Assembly: GCA_964291675.2 (NCBI GenBank)
Contig: OZ219865.1
Span: forward strand, 448,001-512,000
Length of the DNA stretch: 64,000 nucleotides
Reading direction: 5' to 3'
Source of the DNA: Alphaproteobacteria bacterium
GTDB lineage: Bacteria > Pseudomonadota > Alphaproteobacteria > MPNO01
The notes below the pieces were generated by a model. That model worked only from the letters and a program-made list of their open reading frames with translations, made no database searches and had not been told where the DNA came from. Below, one piece after another: positions 35,028 to 46,276 of this stretch (positions within the stretch are counted from its first letter, which is position 1; the number at the start of each line of letters is the position of its first letter). The translations under genes were made by a program, and so were the position numbers.

Positions 35028-35117
35028 ATTTTCCTCGCCGGTTGCCAATCATCGCTCGATTGCTGCTTGAATTTTCCGGCTTGACTTATTGAATCTCATT
35101 GTGATTGCCTCCGGGAT

Positions 35118-35480
35118 ATGACGATGAGGCTGGACAAGCGCCGAGCGATGCGCAATGTGGCCGGCCCCGTGCTCGGGGCCGCGCTCACCGCCTATTTCGC
35201 CTTCAGCGCCTTTGAGGGCGACCGCGGCGTGTTGCGAATCCTCCAGCTGGACCAGGAGATCGTGCGCGCCGAACGGACGCTCGCCAGGGTGACCGCCGAG
35301 CGCGAAGGCCTCAACCGGCATGTCGAGTCGCTGCGGGCGGATCGCCTGGACCGCGACTACCTCGACGAGCGAGCGCGGATGATGACCGGGCTCCTCGCCC
35401 CCGGCGATATCGTGATTTCGGGCACCCGCACGACCCGCCGCATCTCCGTGGTCGGCGGCCCTCCCACCGTCCACAGGTAA
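35118..35480 (+). CDS. ftsB: Septum formation initiator FtsB/DivIC
   Basis: TM followed by GDRG, coiled coil, LDERAR; downstream of eno. Confidence 0.88.
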   Translation: MTMRLDKRRAMRNVAGPVLGAALTAYFAFSAFEGDRGVLRILQLDQEIVRAERTLARVTAEREGLNRHVESLRADRLDRDYLDERARMMTGLLAPGDIVISGTRTTRRISVVGGPPTVHR

Positions 35481-35667
35481 GCCGCCGGCCCGTCGGGCGC
35501 GCTTGTCCGGCGGCGCATCTTCGTTGCGCAAAGCCGCAGCAAAACGACACAAACTTACCCATCCCTTTGTTGCGCCGCGTCGCGGTGGATTAGTATCCTC
35601 CCTCCAGCGGTAGCCGATCCATCCGAAGCGCTGCGCGATCGCTCGGAAACGCAGGGGAATATCGCTG

Positions 35668-36732
35668 ATGGCCGCGAGGCCGAACAAGTCTGCAACCGGA
35701 CAAACGGTGGAATCGGCGACGGGCGAGAGGTCCGGCAAGTCCGCCAATGGCGGCGCGCGCCCGGCCCGCGCCGACCCGGATGAGTTGATCGATTTCTACC
35801 GCCAGATGCTGCTTATCCGGCGCTTCGAGGAGCGCGCGGGACAGCTTTACGGCATGGGGCTGATCGGCGGGTTCTGCCACCTCTATATCGGCCAGGAAGC
35901 CGTGGTCGTCGGCATGCAGGCGTCGGCCGGACCCAGGGATGCGCTGATCACCAGCTACCGGGATCACGGCCACATGCTCGTCTGCGGCATGGATCCCAAG
36001 GGCGTGATGGCCGAGCTGACCGGGCGGCGCAGCGGCTATTCCAAGGGCAAGGGCGGCTCGATGCACATGTTCAGCCGCGACAAGAACTTTTTCGGCGGAC
36101 ACGGCATCGTCGGCGCCCAGGTGCCGATCGGCACCGGCGTCGCCTTCGCCCAGAAATACCGGGACGACGGCGGGGTGACGGCGGCCTATATGGGGGACGG
36201 GGCGCTCAACCAGGGTCAGGTGCACGAGGCGTTCAATCTCGCCGCGCTGTGGTCTCTGCCGATCGTGTTCGTGATCGAGAACAACCGCTACGGCATGGGC
36301 ACCTCGGTGGACCGGGCTTCTGCCCTGACGGACCTCTACCGGATCGCCGAGCCCTACGGCATCCCGTCGGCCCAGACGGACGGGATGGACGTGCTGGCCG
36401 TCAAGGAGTCCGGCGCGGCCGCGATGGCGCATTGCCGCGCCGGTGAGGGGCCGTACGTGCTCGAGGCCCTGACCTACCGCTACCGGGGGCATTCGATGTC
36501 CGACCCCGCCAAGTACCGCAGCAAGGAAGAGGTCGCGGAGATGCGGACCGAGCACGACCCGATCCAGAACCTCCGGGACCGGCTTGTTGCGATCGGGTCG
36601 GTCGACGAGGAGGCGCTCAAGGATATCGACCGCGATATCAGGACGATCGTCGCGGATGCCGCCGAGTTCGCGCAAAACAGTCCCGAGCCCGATCCCAGCG
36701 AGCTCCTGACCGACGTGCTGATCGAGGCCTGA
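35668..36732 (+). CDS. pdhA: Pyruvate dehydrogenase E1 alpha
   Basis: GFCHLYIGQEA, GDGA TPP motif, YRGHSMSDP. Confidence 0.98.
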   Translation: MAARPNKSATGQTVESATGERSGKSANGGARPARADPDELIDFYRQMLLIRRFEERAGQLYGMGLIGGFCHLYIGQEAVVVGMQASAGPRDALITSYRDHGHMLVCGMDPKGVMAELTGRRSGYSKGKGGSMHMFSRDKNFFGGHGIVGAQVPIGTGVAFAQKYRDDGGVTAAYMGDGALNQGQVHEAFNLAALWSLPIVFVIENNRYGMGTSVDRASALTDLYRIAEPYGIPSAQTDGMDVLAVKESGAAAMAHCRAGEGPYVLEALTYRYRGHSMSDPAKYRSKEEVAEMRTEHDPIQNLRDRLVAIGSVDEEALKDIDRDIRTIVADAAEFAQNSPEPDPSELLTDVLIEA

Positions 36733-36750
36733 CCGGCGCGGGTGTCCGAG

Positions 36751-38082
36751 ATGCCGATCAACATCCTCATGCCGGCACTGTCACCGACGATGACCGAGGG
36801 CAATCTTGCCAAGTGGCGCAAGAACGAGGGCGATCCGGTGAGCTCCGGCGAGGTCATCGCCGAGATCGAGACCGACAAGGCGACGATGGAGGTCGAGGCG
36901 GTCGACGAGGGCGTGCTGGGCCGGATCGTCGTGCCGGAGGGCTCGGAAGGGGTGGCGGTCAATTCGATCATCGGCGTCCTGCTGGTGGACGGCGAAGACC
37001 CCTCGTCGCTCGCCAGGGCCGCGCCGTCGAACGGCAGCGCCGCCGCGCAAATTTCGGCCGCCGCGGCGCCGCCCGAGAAAGAGGCGCCGCAAGGCGAGAC
37101 CGTTCGCCAGACCGTGCGCGAAGCGCTGCGCGACGCGATGGCGGAGGAGATGCGTCGCGACGAAACGGTTTTCCTGATCGGCGAGGAGGTGGCCGAGTAC
37201 CAGGGCGCCTACAAGGTGAGCCAGGGCCTGCTGGAGGAGTTCGGGCCGCGCCGCGTGATCGACACCCCGATCACCGAGCACGGCTTCACCGGGCTCGGCG
37301 TCGGTGCGGCGTTCGCCGGGCTGCGGCCGATCGTCGAATTCATGACCTTCAACTTCGCCATGCAGGCGATGGATCAGATCATCAATTCGGCGGCCAAGAG
37401 CCTTTACATGTCGGGCGGCCAGATCTCCGCGCCGATGGTGTTTCGCGGGCCCAACGGCGCCGCCGCCCGGGTCGCCGCCCAGCATTCGCAGAACTACGCC
37501 AGCTGGTTCGCCCATGTCCCGGGACTCAAGGTGGTCTCGCCCTATAGCGCGGCGGACGCCAAGGGGTTGCTGAAATCGGCCATCCGCGATCCCAACCCGG
37601 TGATATTTTTGGAGAACGAGATCCTCTACGGCGCCTCTTTCGAGGTTCCGGCGGTCGACGATTTCATCGTGCCGATCGGCCGGGCGAATATCTGCCGCGC
37701 CGGGTCGGACGTCACCATCGCCGCGCTTTCGATCGCCGTCGGCCACGCGCTCGACGCCGCCGAGGCGCTGGCCGGGGAGGGGATAGAGGCCGAGGTGATC
37801 GACCTGCGGACGATCCGGCCGCTGGATACCGCGACGCTGGTCGAATCGGTGAAGAAGACCGGCCGCCTGGTCTCGGTCGAGGAGGGCTGGCCGTTCGCCG
37901 GTATCGGCGCCGAGCTCGCCGCGGTGACCATGGAGCAGGCCTTCGACTGGCTCGACGCGCCGGTAGCCCGGGTGACCGGAGCCGACGTTCCGCTGCCCTA
38001 CGCCGCCAATCTCGAACGACTCGCGCTCCCCCAGGTGGACGACGTCGTGCGCGCCGCCAAAGACGTGCTGTACCGAGACTGA
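36751..38082 (+). CDS. pdhB: Pyruvate dehydrogenase E1 beta with N-terminal lipoyl domain
   Basis: ETDKA lipoyl motif, then GEEV, DTPITE, EFMTFNF. Confidence 0.97.
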   Translation: MPINILMPALSPTMTEGNLAKWRKNEGDPVSSGEVIAEIETDKATMEVEAVDEGVLGRIVVPEGSEGVAVNSIIGVLLVDGEDPSSLARAAPSNGSAAAQISAAAAPPEKEAPQGETVRQTVREALRDAMAEEMRRDETVFLIGEEVAEYQGAYKVSQGLLEEFGPRRVIDTPITEHGFTGLGVGAAFAGLRPIVEFMTFNFAMQAMDQIINSAAKSLYMSGGQISAPMVFRGPNGAAARVAAQHSQNYASWFAHVPGLKVVSPYSAADAKGLLKSAIRDPNPVIFLENEILYGASFEVPAVDDFIVPIGRANICRAGSDVTIAALSIAVGHALDAAEALAGEGIEAEVIDLRTIRPLDTATLVESVKKTGRLVSVEEGWPFAGIGAELAAVTMEQAFDWLDAPVARVTGADVPLPYAANLERLALPQVDDVVRAAKDVLYRD

Positions 38083-38274
38083 ACGCGCCCATTCTCCCAA
38101 GGCAGGATCCCCGATGCCGATCAATATCCTGATGCCGGCACTGTCGCCCACCATGACGGAGGGAAACCTCGCCAGATGGCTCAAGGCGGAGGGCGATGCC
38201 GTCGAAGCCGGCGATGTGATCGCGGAGATCGAGACCGACAAGGCGACGATGGAGGTCGAGGCGGTCGACGAGGG
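36862..38274 (+). repeat. Duplicated lipoyl-domain DNA in pdhB and pdhC (identical 50-bp blocks at 36862-36911 and 38225-38274)
   Basis: GAGATCGAGACCGACAAGGCGACGATGGAGGTCGAGGCGGTCGACGAGGG occurs in both genes; a further identical block of about 30 bp follows in each. Confidence 0.9.
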
Positions 38275-39346
38275 GGTGCTCGGCAAGATCGTCGTGCCGG
38301 AGGGCTCGGAAGGGGTTGCGGTCAATGCGGTGATCGGCGTCCTGCTCGCCGAGGGCGAGGACGCGGCGGCGATCGGGGAGACGCCGGCGCCGGCCCAGGA
38401 GCCCGCCCCGGCGGCGGAACCGGAGCCGCAACCCACCGCCGCGCCGCCGCCGGCGGCGGCCCCTGCCGCGCCCGGGGAGCGCATCGCCGCGAGTCCGCTT
38501 GCCCGGCGCATGGCCGCGCAGGCCGGGCTCGACCTCGCCGCCTTAAGCGGCAGCGGAACCGGCGGGCGGATCGTCAAGGCGGATATCGATGCCGCGCTCG
38601 CCGCCGGACCGGCCCTCGCCGAGCCGGTGCGCGCGCCGCCCCGCCCCGCCGCCGCGCCGGCCCCGGGCGAGACCGTCAGGCTGTCGACCATGCGCCGCGT
38701 GATCGCCGAGCGGATGGCGGAGTCCAAGGCGACGGTGCCCCACTTCTACCTCACCGTCGACTGCGAGATCGACGAGCTGCTCAAGGTACGGAGCGAGATC
38801 AACAGGCGGATCGAGACGGCGCGGATATCGGTCAACGACATCGTCATCCGGGCCTCGGCGCTCGCGCTGCGGGAGGTTCCGGCCGCCAACGTGTCCTGGG
38901 CGGGCGAAGGCTCGATGACGCAGCACGGCACGGTCGACGTCTCGGTCGCGGTGGCGATCCCGGGCGGGCTGGTCACCCCGATCGTCAGGAACGCCGACGC
39001 CAAGGGCCTGGTCGAGATCGCGACCGAAATGAAGGCGCTCGCGGCGCGGGCGCGCGAAGGCAAGCTGATGCCGGAGGAGTACCAGGGCGGCAGCTTCTCG
39101 ATCTCCAATCTCGGGATGTACGGGGTCAAGAGCTTCGATGCGGTGATCAACCCGCCGCAGGCCTGCATTCTCGCGGTCGGCGCGGGAGAACCGCGGCCGG
39201 TGGTCCGGGACGGTGCGATCGTTCCCGCAACCGTCATGTCGTGCACGCTGTCGGTCGACCACCGCGTGGTCGACGGGGCCATCGGCGCCGAGCTGCTGGG
39301 CGCGATCAAGCGGAACATCGAATACCCGCCGGCGATGCTGGCCTGA
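38114..39346 (+). CDS. pdhC: Dihydrolipoamide acetyltransferase E2
   Basis: ETDKA lipoyl domain, ASPLARR subunit-binding domain, DHRVVDG. Confidence 0.97.
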   Translation: MPINILMPALSPTMTEGNLARWLKAEGDAVEAGDVIAEIETDKATMEVEAVDEGVLGKIVVPEGSEGVAVNAVIGVLLAEGEDAAAIGETPAPAQEPAPAAEPEPQPTAAPPPAAAPAAPGERIAASPLARRMAAQAGLDLAALSGSGTGGRIVKADIDAALAAGPALAEPVRAPPRPAAAPAPGETVRLSTMRRVIAERMAESKATVPHFYLTVDCEIDELLKVRSEINRRIETARISVNDIVIRASALALREVPAANVSWAGEGSMTQHGTVDVSVAVAIPGGLVTPIVRNADAKGLVEIATEMKALAARAREGKLMPEEYQGGSFSISNLGMYGVKSFDAVINPPQACILAVGAGEPRPVVRDGAIVPATVMSCTLSVDHRVVDGAIGAELLGAIKRNIEYPPAMLA

Positions 39347-39361
39347 TCGGGGAATTCGTCC

Positions 39362-40759
39362 ATGGCCCGGCATTCCTTCGATATCGCGGTGATCGGCGGC
39401 GGACCCGGCGGCTACGTGGCGGCGATCCGCGCCGCCCAGCTCGGCATGAAGGCCTGCGTGGTCGAACGCGCGCATCTCGGCGGCATCTGCCTCAACTGGG
39501 GCTGCATCCCGACCAAGGCGCTGCTGCGGACCTCGGAAATCAACCACCTGCTCGGCCGGCTCGACGCCTTCGGCTTCGCCGCGGAGCGGGTCGCCTTCGA
39601 CCTCGGAAAGATCGTCAAGCGCTCGCGCGATGTCGCAGGGCGTCTGAGCGCCGGGATCGGCCACCTGATGAAGAAGAACGGGGTTGCCGTCATCGAAGGG
39701 CAGGGCAGGCTGGCGGGCGCCGGGCAGGTCGCGGTGGAGCGCGACGGCGCGCTCGCCGAGGAGATCGCCGCGCCCCGCATCGTGCTCGCCACCGGGGCGC
39801 GGGCGCGCACCCTGCCGGGGCTGGAGCCGGACGGCGAGCGGGTCTGGACCTATCGCGAGGCGATGGTCCCGGCCGCGATGCCGTCCTCGCTCCTGGTCAT
39901 CGGATCGGGGGCGATCGGAATCGAGTTCGCGAGCTTCTACCGCGATCTGGGCGCCGAGGTGACGGTGGTCGAGGTGCTCGACCGAGTGCTTCCGGTGGAA
40001 GATGAAGAAATATCGGCACTTGCCAGAAAAGCCTTTGAAAAACAGGGGATGGAGATCCTCACCGGGGCTGCCGTGACCGGGCTGGCTCACCAAGGCGGCG
40101 GTGTCCGGGCAACCATCGAATCGGGCGGGCAGACACGCGAGATCGATGTCGAGAGAGTGATCCTGGCGATCGGGATCGTCGGCAATGTGGAGGACATCGG
40201 GCTCGAAGGCACCGGCGTCGAGGTCGATCGCGGCCATGTCGTCGTCAACCGCTGGTGCGAGACCAGGGAGGCCGGCGTCTACGCGATCGGCGATCTGGTC
40301 GGGCCGCCCTGGCTCGCCCACAAGGCGAGCCACGAGGGGGTGATGTGCGTCGAGCGCAGCGCCGGCATGGAGGCCCATCCGCTCGACGTCTCGCGTATCC
40401 CGGGCTGCACCTATTGCCGGCCTCAGGTGGCGAGCGTCGGCCTCACCGAGGCGGCGGCGAAGGCGGAGGGCCGCGAGGTCAGGATCGGCCGTTTCCCCTA
40501 TCTCGCGAACGGCAAGGCCATCGCGCTCGGCGACGACGAGGGGCTGGTCAAGACGGTGTTCGACGCCGCGACCGGCGAGTTGCTGGGCGCGCACATGATC
40601 GGCGCCGAGGTGACCGAGCTGATCCAGGGTTTCGCCATCGCGCGGACGCTGGAGACCACCGAGGCGGAGCTCATGGAGACGGTGTTCCCGCACCCGACGC
40701 TGTCCGAGATGATGCACGAGTCGGTGCTTGACGCTTACGGGCGGGCTCTTCATTTCTAG
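39362..40759 (+). CDS. lpdA: Dihydrolipoyl dehydrogenase
   Basis: GGGPGG, GGICLNWGCIPTK, HPTLSE. Confidence 0.98.
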   Translation: MARHSFDIAVIGGGPGGYVAAIRAAQLGMKACVVERAHLGGICLNWGCIPTKALLRTSEINHLLGRLDAFGFAAERVAFDLGKIVKRSRDVAGRLSAGIGHLMKKNGVAVIEGQGRLAGAGQVAVERDGALAEEIAAPRIVLATGARARTLPGLEPDGERVWTYREAMVPAAMPSSLLVIGSGAIGIEFASFYRDLGAEVTVVEVLDRVLPVEDEEISALARKAFEKQGMEILTGAAVTGLAHQGGGVRATIESGGQTREIDVERVILAIGIVGNVEDIGLEGTGVEVDRGHVVVNRWCETREAGVYAIGDLVGPPWLAHKASHEGVMCVERSAGMEAHPLDVSRIPGCTYCRPQVASVGLTEAAAKAEGREVRIGRFPYLANGKAIALGDDEGLVKTVFDAATGELLGAHMIGAEVTELIQGFAIARTLETTEAELMETVFPHPTLSEMMHESVLDAYGRALHF

Positions 40760-40786
40760 ATCGACGGCCATGCAGTCGCCCGTGCA

Positions 40787-41722
40787 ATGAACAGCGCAAG
40801 CCCAACGATCCGCCATCCGGAGAAGATCGGCCGCGCGGACAACCCGATCCCGCGCAAGCCGCCATGGATCCGCGTGCGCGCGCCGGTCTCGCCGGTCTTC
40901 GGCGAGACCCGCGGCGTGGTCCGCGAGTTCAGGCTGACGACGGTGTGCGAGGAAGCCGCCTGCCCCAATATCGGCGAGTGCTGGGCCCAGCGCCATGCGA
41001 CGATGATGATCCTGGGCGCGATCTGCACCCGCGCCTGTGCGTTCTGCAACGTCGCGACGGGACTGCCCGAGCGCGTGGATGCGGGCGAGCCCGGACGGGT
41101 CGCCGAGGCGGTCGCGCGGCTGGACCTCCGCCATGTCGTCATCACCTCGGTCGACCGCGACGACCTCGACGATGGCGGGGCGGGGCATTTCGCCCGGGTC
41201 ATCGGCGCCATCCGGGCGCAAAACCCGGCAACCACCGTCGAGGTGCTGACGCCCGATTTCCTGAGGAAGGACGGGGCCATCGAGCGGGTGGTCGAGGCCC
41301 GTCCGGACGTCTACAACCACAATCTGGAGACCGTGCCGAGGCTCTACCCCACGGTGCGGCCGGGGGCGCGGTATTTCCACTCCCTGAAGCTGCTCGACCG
41401 GGTCAAGCAGCTCGACCCCTCGATGTTCACCAAGTCCGGGCTGATGGTCGGGCTCGGCGAGAGCCGCGAGGAGGTGCACCAGGTTATGGACGATTTGCGC
41501 TCGGCCGATGTCGATTTCCTGACCGTCGGCCAGTACCTCCAGCCGACGCCCAAGCACCACCCGATCGACCGGTTCTGGGAGCCCGCGGCGTTCGAGGATT
41601 TGGCCAGCATGGCCAAGGGCAAGGGCTTCCTGATGGTGTCGGCGACGCCGCTCACCCGCTCGTCCTACCATGCCGACCGCGACTTCGAGGCGCTGCGGGC
41701 GGCGCGCCGGGCGTCCGGCTGA
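40787..41722 (+). CDS. lipA: Lipoyl synthase
   Basis: [24 protein letters not shown]. Confidence 0.98.
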   Translation: MNSASPTIRHPEKIGRADNPIPRKPPWIRVRAPVSPVFGETRGVVREFRLTTVCEEAACPNIGECWAQRHATMMILGAICTRACAFCNVATGLPERVDAGEPGRVAEAVARLDLRHVVITSVDRDDLDDGGAGHFARVIGAIRAQNPATTVEVLTPDFLRKDGAIERVVEARPDVYNHNLETVPRLYPTVRPGARYFHSLKLLDRVKQLDPSMFTKSGLMVGLGESREEVHQVMDDLRSADVDFLTVGQYLQPTPKHHPIDRFWEPAAFEDLASMAKGKGFLMVSATPLTRSSYHADRDFEALRAARRASG

Positions 41723-41726
41723 CCCG

Positions 41727-42209
41727 ATGCCGAGCCACGCCGAGCGCCGCTACGCCGCCTACGCGCCGGCCCAGATCTTCGAGCTGGTGGCCGATGTCGA
41801 GAGCTACCCGGACTTTTTGCCCTGGTGCACCGGTTGCCGGATATACAGCCGCGAGGACAACGTGCTGTACGCCAGGCTCGGAGTCGGCTTCAAGATGGTG
41901 AGCGAGAGCTTCAGGTCGCGGGTGACGCTGGACCCGATCGAACGCATCGACATCGCCTATCTCGACGGCCCGTTCCGCTATCTCGACAGTAGCTGGAAAT
42001 TCGGCCCGAAGGACGACGGCTGCCTGATCGACTTCTACATCGATTTCGAGTTCCGCTCGCTGCTGCTGCGCAAGATCATGGGACCGCTGTTCAACGAGGT
42101 GGTCCGGCGCAGCGTCGGCGCCTTCATCGCCCGCGCGGATGCGCTGTACGGCCCCGCGAGGGCAGGGGGCGCACTCGCTCGCCGGGCCGTCCGCGCAGCT
42201 CAGAAATAG
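41727..42209 (+). CDS. Coq10/RatA-family START domain protein
   Basis: LVADVESYPDFLPWC, GPFRYL, AFIARA; typical position after lipA. Confidence 0.9.
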   Translation: MPSHAERRYAAYAPAQIFELVADVESYPDFLPWCTGCRIYSREDNVLYARLGVGFKMVSESFRSRVTLDPIERIDIAYLDGPFRYLDSSWKFGPKDDGCLIDFYIDFEFRSLLLRKIMGPLFNEVVRRSVGAFIARADALYGPARAGGALARRAVRAAQK

Positions 42210-43003
42210 ATCCGGCCCTCGATCCGTTCGACCGGATCGCGTGCCGCCAGGCGCAGCCGGGGCAGGTTGGCGGCCGCGATCGCCGCCAGCACCGCGTCGA
42301 GAGCGTCGCCGCCCCGGTCGTCGACAATGCGAATCCAAACCGATTTATCGGGCCCGTTCAATAAACCATTGTTTATCAAGGTATCCACGAGCTTTGCCCT
42401 GGAGTCTCGCAAGCCCTGGCCGGGTCCCTTGTAGGAGAAGTAGAGACCGAGCCGCTTGAGCAAAGAGGCCGGGCAGGTCTCGGCGAGCAGCACCTTGCCG
42501 GGCGCGGGGGCTTGCATCGGGACAACCCGTGCCGCGCCGGTCTCTACCAGCGGCAGGAGCACGCTCCCGATCCCGGCATGGGTCTGACGGAACAGCCTCA
42601 GATTGTAGGCGGAGAACGGTACCTTCGCCTCGACATCGGTGCATCGCTTGAACTCGCGCCCGCCGGCGGCGCGCCGGCACTCGGCCCGAAGCGATTGGGC
42701 ATCGGGGTAGCGGGCGGAGAAGCCGCGCAAAAAATCCTCCCAGACCGTCTCCTCGATCAGCGAGCGGGGCAGGCTGAAGGGGAAGTCGAGACCGGCCGCG
42801 GCGCGCCGTTCGCTCGCGAGAAAATCCCTCAGCGCCGCCAGCGCCGTTTCGCGGTCCGGCGCACCGCCGGGCAGCTCCCGCGCCGGCCGGCAGCCTTCCA
42901 GCGTCAGCCGGCCGGCTTGCTGCGTTCCCACCGCGATCCAGATGTGATCCCCGGCACGGCGGGCGCCGGAATAATCGACCCCGATAACGCGCCGACGCGT
43001 CAC
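42200..43003 (-). CDS. DUF429-like predicted RNase H-fold nuclease
   Basis: IGVDYSGA, GLDFPFSLP, KRCTD, ETCPA, DALDAVLAA acidic motifs. Confidence 0.75.
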   Translation of the reverse strand: MTRRRVIGVDYSGARRAGDHIWIAVGTQQAGRLTLEGCRPARELPGGAPDRETALAALRDFLASERRAAAGLDFPFSLPRSLIEETVWEDFLRGFSARYPDAQSLRAECRRAAGGREFKRCTDVEAKVPFSAYNLRLFRQTHAGIGSVLLPLVETGAARVVPMQAPAPGKVLLAETCPASLLKRLGLYFSYKGPGQGLRDSRAKLVDTLINNGLLNGPDKSVWIRIVDDRGGDALDAVLAAIAAANLPRLRLAARDPVERIEGRIYF

Positions 43004-43485
43004 CCAGCCAGGCGTCCGACCAGCGCCATCGCGGCCAGCACCGAGGAGTCCCGGACCGCCGCCCGGTCGCCGGCGAACCGGAAGCGCTCGTGCAGCGTCG
43101 CGCCTTCCCGCCGCGCGGCGGCGATGTGGACCAGGCCGACCGGCTTGGCCGGGCTGCCGCCGCCGGGGCCCGCGACCCCGGTGATGCCGACGGCGATGTC
43201 GGCGCGGCTGTTGGCGAGCCCGCCCTCGGCCATGGCGCGGGCGACCTCTTCGCTCACCGCGCCATGCGCCGCGATCAGCGCCGCCGGCACCGAGGCAAGC
43301 TCGGTCTTGGCCTCGTTGGTGTAGGTGACCAGGCCGCGCTCGACCACGTCGGACGAGCCGGCGATGGCGGTGAGCGCGCCGGCGAGCAGCCCGCCGGTGC
43401 AGGATTCCACCGTCGCCACCGTCAGCCCTTCGGAACGGCAGCGCCGAAGCAGCGCTTCCGATGCGCTTAAGATCTCCTCGTTCAA
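43000..43485 (-). CDS. cinA: CinA C-terminal / PncC nicotinamide-nucleotide amidase
   Basis: VESCTGG, YTNEAK, GAVS, TGVAGPGG, KPVGLV; TTG start overlapping the pgpA stop. Confidence 0.92.
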   Translation of the reverse strand: MNEEILSASEALLRRCRSEGLTVATVESCTGGLLAGALTAIAGSSDVVERGLVTYTNEAKTELASVPAALIAAHGAVSEEVARAMAEGGLANSRADIAVGITGVAGPGGGSPAKPVGLVHIAAARREGATLHERFRFAGDRAAVRDSSVLAAMALVGRLAG

Positions 43486-43970
43486 GCCAGGACCTCCCTT
43501 GCCAGCCATACCCCGGCGAGCGCGTAGACCCCGGCGAGCGCGTCGTCGGCCATGACCCCGAACCCGCCTTTCAGCCTGCGGTCGGCCCAGGAGGCGGGCC
43601 ACGGCTTGACGATGTCGGCGATGCGAAACAGGACGAAGCCGAGCGCGAACTGCCAGAGCTCCACGGCCGCGGGAAGCAGCGCCGCGAGCTGGCCGGCGAC
43701 CTCGTCGACGACTATGGGGCCGGGATCGTCGTCGCCGGTCCGCCGCGTCACCGAATCCGACGCCCACCAACCGAGCGCGAATACGCCCATCGCGGCCGCG
43801 CCGAGGCCCCAGGGTCCGAAATGCTCCAGGAGCAGCCAGGCCGCCGGCAGGGCCGCCAGCGAGCCCCAGCTCCCGGGCGCGCCGGGCAGCAGGCCGATGC
43901 CGCCCACGGTGGCGACGAAGGTCGGCGCATCGCGCCAGGCCGGGGAATACGCGCGACCGTCCACCGGCAT
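43482..43970 (-). CDS. pgpA: Phosphatidylglycerophosphatase A
   Basis: APGSWGS, DPGPIVVDEVAG, FRIADIVKPWP, GVMADD. Confidence 0.95.
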   Translation of the reverse strand: MPVDGRAYSPAWRDAPTFVATVGGIGLLPGAPGSWGSLAALPAAWLLLEHFGPWGLGAAAMGVFALGWWASDSVTRRTGDDDPGPIVVDEVAGQLAALLPAAVELWQFALGFVLFRIADIVKPWPASWADRRLKGGFGVMADDALAGVYALAGVWLAREVLA

Positions 43971-43976
43971 CGCGGC

Positions 43977-45143
43977 TCAGGCGGGGAGGCGGATCGTGGC
44001 GACGGCCTGGGCGGCGATTCCCTCGCCGCGCCCGGTGAAGCCCAGACCCTCGGTCGTCGTCGCCTTGATGCCGATCCGGCCGGGCTCCAGTTCCAGCAGC
44101 CCGGCGACGCGCGCCGCCATCGCGTCCCGATGCGGCGCGATCCTGGGCGCCTCGCAGATCAGCGTGAGGTCGAGATTGACGATGGAGCCGCCGCGGCGGC
44201 GCACCAGGCGGGCGGCGTGGCGCAGGAAGGTGGCCGAGGGTTCGCCCCGCCAGCGCGGGTCGGTGGGCGGAAAATGCAGGCCGATATCGCCTTCGGAAAT
44301 CGCACCGAGCAGCGCATCGGTCAAAGCGTGCATCGCGACATCGGCGTCCGAGTGACCGGCGAGCGCCCGGTCGTGCGGAATCTCGACGCCGCACAGCGTG
44401 ACCGCCTTTCCCTCGCCGAACCTGTGGACATCGAATCCGGTGCCGGTCCTGAGCTCGAAGGGCGCGGCCCCGAGCCAACGCCGCGCACGCTCCAGGTCCT
44501 CCGGCGTCGTCACCTTGATGTTGGAATCGCTGCCCTGCACCAGCGCGACATCGAGGCCCGCGTGCTCCGCCACCGCGGCATCGTCGGTCAGCGCCAGACC
44601 GGCGGCGGCGCGGTGCGCGGCGAGGATCTCCGCGAAGCGGAAGCCCTGCGGCGTCTGCGCGCGCCACAGCCCGCGGCGCTCCACGGTCGCGCCGACGAGC
44701 GGCATATCCACCCCATCCCGTTCGCGCTTGAGGGTGTCGCTGACCGGCACCGCCGGGAGCGCGGCGGGAGAGGTTTCGAGCGCCGCGAGAACCCGCGAGA
44801 TCGTCGCCGCATCGGCGAACGGACGCGCGGCATCGTGGATCAACACCGTCCGCGGCTCGACGGGGGCGAGGCTCTCGAGGCCGAGACGCGCGGAGTCCTG
44901 GCGGGTTTCGCCGCCGGCGACCGGTTCCATGAGGTCGAGGCCGTCGAGCGCCCGGTCGCAGTCCCCGCGGTCGGCGGCGCCGATGACCACGCGCACGCGA
45001 TCGACGGCGGGGTGGTCGACGAAGCCGGAGACGGCATGGCGCAGAACGGCGGCATCGCCGAGCGCCAAATACTGCTTGGGAAGCGCCGCGCCGAGACGCG
45101 TGCCGCGCCCGCCGGCAAGGATCAGGGCGACACACCCCGTCAT
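43977..45143 (-). CDS. ispDF: Bifunctional IspD/IspF
   Basis: AGGRGTR, IHDAARP, QTPQGF; GFDVH, GHSDADV, KATTTE. Confidence 0.97.
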   Translation of the reverse strand: MTGCVALILAGGRGTRLGAALPKQYLALGDAAVLRHAVSGFVDHPAVDRVRVVIGAADRGDCDRALDGLDLMEPVAGGETRQDSARLGLESLAPVEPRTVLIHDAARPFADAATISRVLAALETSPAALPAVPVSDTLKRERDGVDMPLVGATVERRGLWRAQTPQGFRFAEILAAHRAAAGLALTDDAAVAEHAGLDVALVQGSDSNIKVTTPEDLERARRWLGAAPFELRTGTGFDVHRFGEGKAVTLCGVEIPHDRALAGHSDADVAMHALTDALLGAISEGDIGLHFPPTDPRWRGEPSATFLRHAARLVRRRGGSIVNLDLTLICEAPRIAPHRDAMAARVAGLLELEPGRIGIKATTTEGLGFTGRGEGIAAQAVATIRLPA

Positions 45144-45274
45144 ATCGCACCCGTGCGGTTGTCGTCAAAAGCCTAGTCGGCCGGGAATCGATTGCCAAGC
45201 GCCGCGCTCCGCTTCGCGCTGTTCGCATGCATCGAGGGTGTTATAGTCCTGCTCCCGCCGTGGATTGTGGTGCG

Positions 45275-46276
45275 ATGCCCTCCCTGGCTCCGCTAAAGAT
45301 CGGTCCTGTCGAAATCCGGGAGCCCGTGTTCCTGGCGCCGATGTCGGGGGTCAGCGACCTGCCGTTCCGTCGCCTGGTCAAGAGCTGGGGGGCGGGGATG
45401 GTGTTTTCCGAGATGATCGCGGACGGGGCGATGCTGCGGCAGGTACCCGGGTCGCTGAAGGTCGCGACCGACTGCGCCGAGGAGTTTCCCATGGCGGTCC
45501 AGCTCGTCGGCCACGATCCTGCCACCATGGCGGAGGCGGCGCGCATGGCCGCCGACCGCGGTGCGGCGGTGGTCGACATCAACATGGGCTGCCCGGTCAA
45601 GAAGGTTGTCAAGAAGATGTGCGGCTCGGCCCTGATGCGCGATGAGCCCCATGCCGCGCGAATCGTGCGCGCCGTCGCGGGCGCGGTGGACCTGCCGGTC
45701 ACGCTCAAGATGCGCATGGGCTGGGACGACGATCACCTCAACGCCCCGCGGCTCGCCGCCATCGCAGAGGATTGCGGCGCCAGGATGATCACCGTCCACG
45801 GCCGCACGCGGACCCAGCTCTATACCGGGCAGGCGAACTGGCGCTTCGTCGCCAGGGTGAAGGCCGCGGTCTCGATCCCGGTGGTGGTGAACGGCGACAT
45901 CACGACGCTCGATGAAGCCGCCGCCGCCCTCCGGGAATCGAATGCCGACGGCGTGATGATCGGCCGCGGCGCCTGCGGCAGGCCGTGGTTCCCGCGCCAG
46001 GTCATGGCCTATCTGCGCACCGGGTCGCGGGAACCCGATCCCGACCCGGCGCGGAAATGCGCCGCGATTCGCGTCCATTTCGACGCCATGATCCGGCATT
46101 ACGGCCCGGTCACCGGGGTACGGATGGCGCGCAAGCATCTCGGCTGGTACGCCAGGTCCGAGCGCGGCGGGGCGGCGTTCCGCGCGTCGGTCAACGCCAT
46201 CGCCGACCCGGACGAGGTCCGCTCGGCGATCGTGCGCTTCTTCGGGGAGGCCGGCGGCGGCGCCATCGCGGCATGA
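45275..46276 (+). CDS. dusB: tRNA dihydrouridine synthase DusB (NifR3)
   Basis: [23 protein letters not shown]. Confidence 0.96.
   Translation: MPSLAPLKIGPVEIREPVFLAPMSGVSDLPFRRLVKSWGAGMVFSEMIADGAMLRQVPGSLKVATDCAEEFPMAVQLVGHDPATMAEAARMAADRGAAVVDINMGCPVKKVVKKMCGSALMRDEPHAARIVRAVAGAVDLPVTLKMRMGWDDDHLNAPRLAAIAEDCGARMITVHGRTRTQLYTGQANWRFVARVKAAVSIPVVVNGDITTLDEAAAALRESNADGVMIGRGACGRPWFPRQVMAYLRTGSREPDPDPARKCAAIRVHFDAMIRHYGPVTGVRMARKHLGWYARSERGGAAFRASVNAIADPDEVRSAIVRFFGEAGGGAIAA

Noticed and set aside
41727-42209. RatA-like gene as a toxin-antitoxin module
   Set aside because: No partner gene. This is the conserved Coq10-like START protein that routinely follows lipA in alphaproteobacteria.
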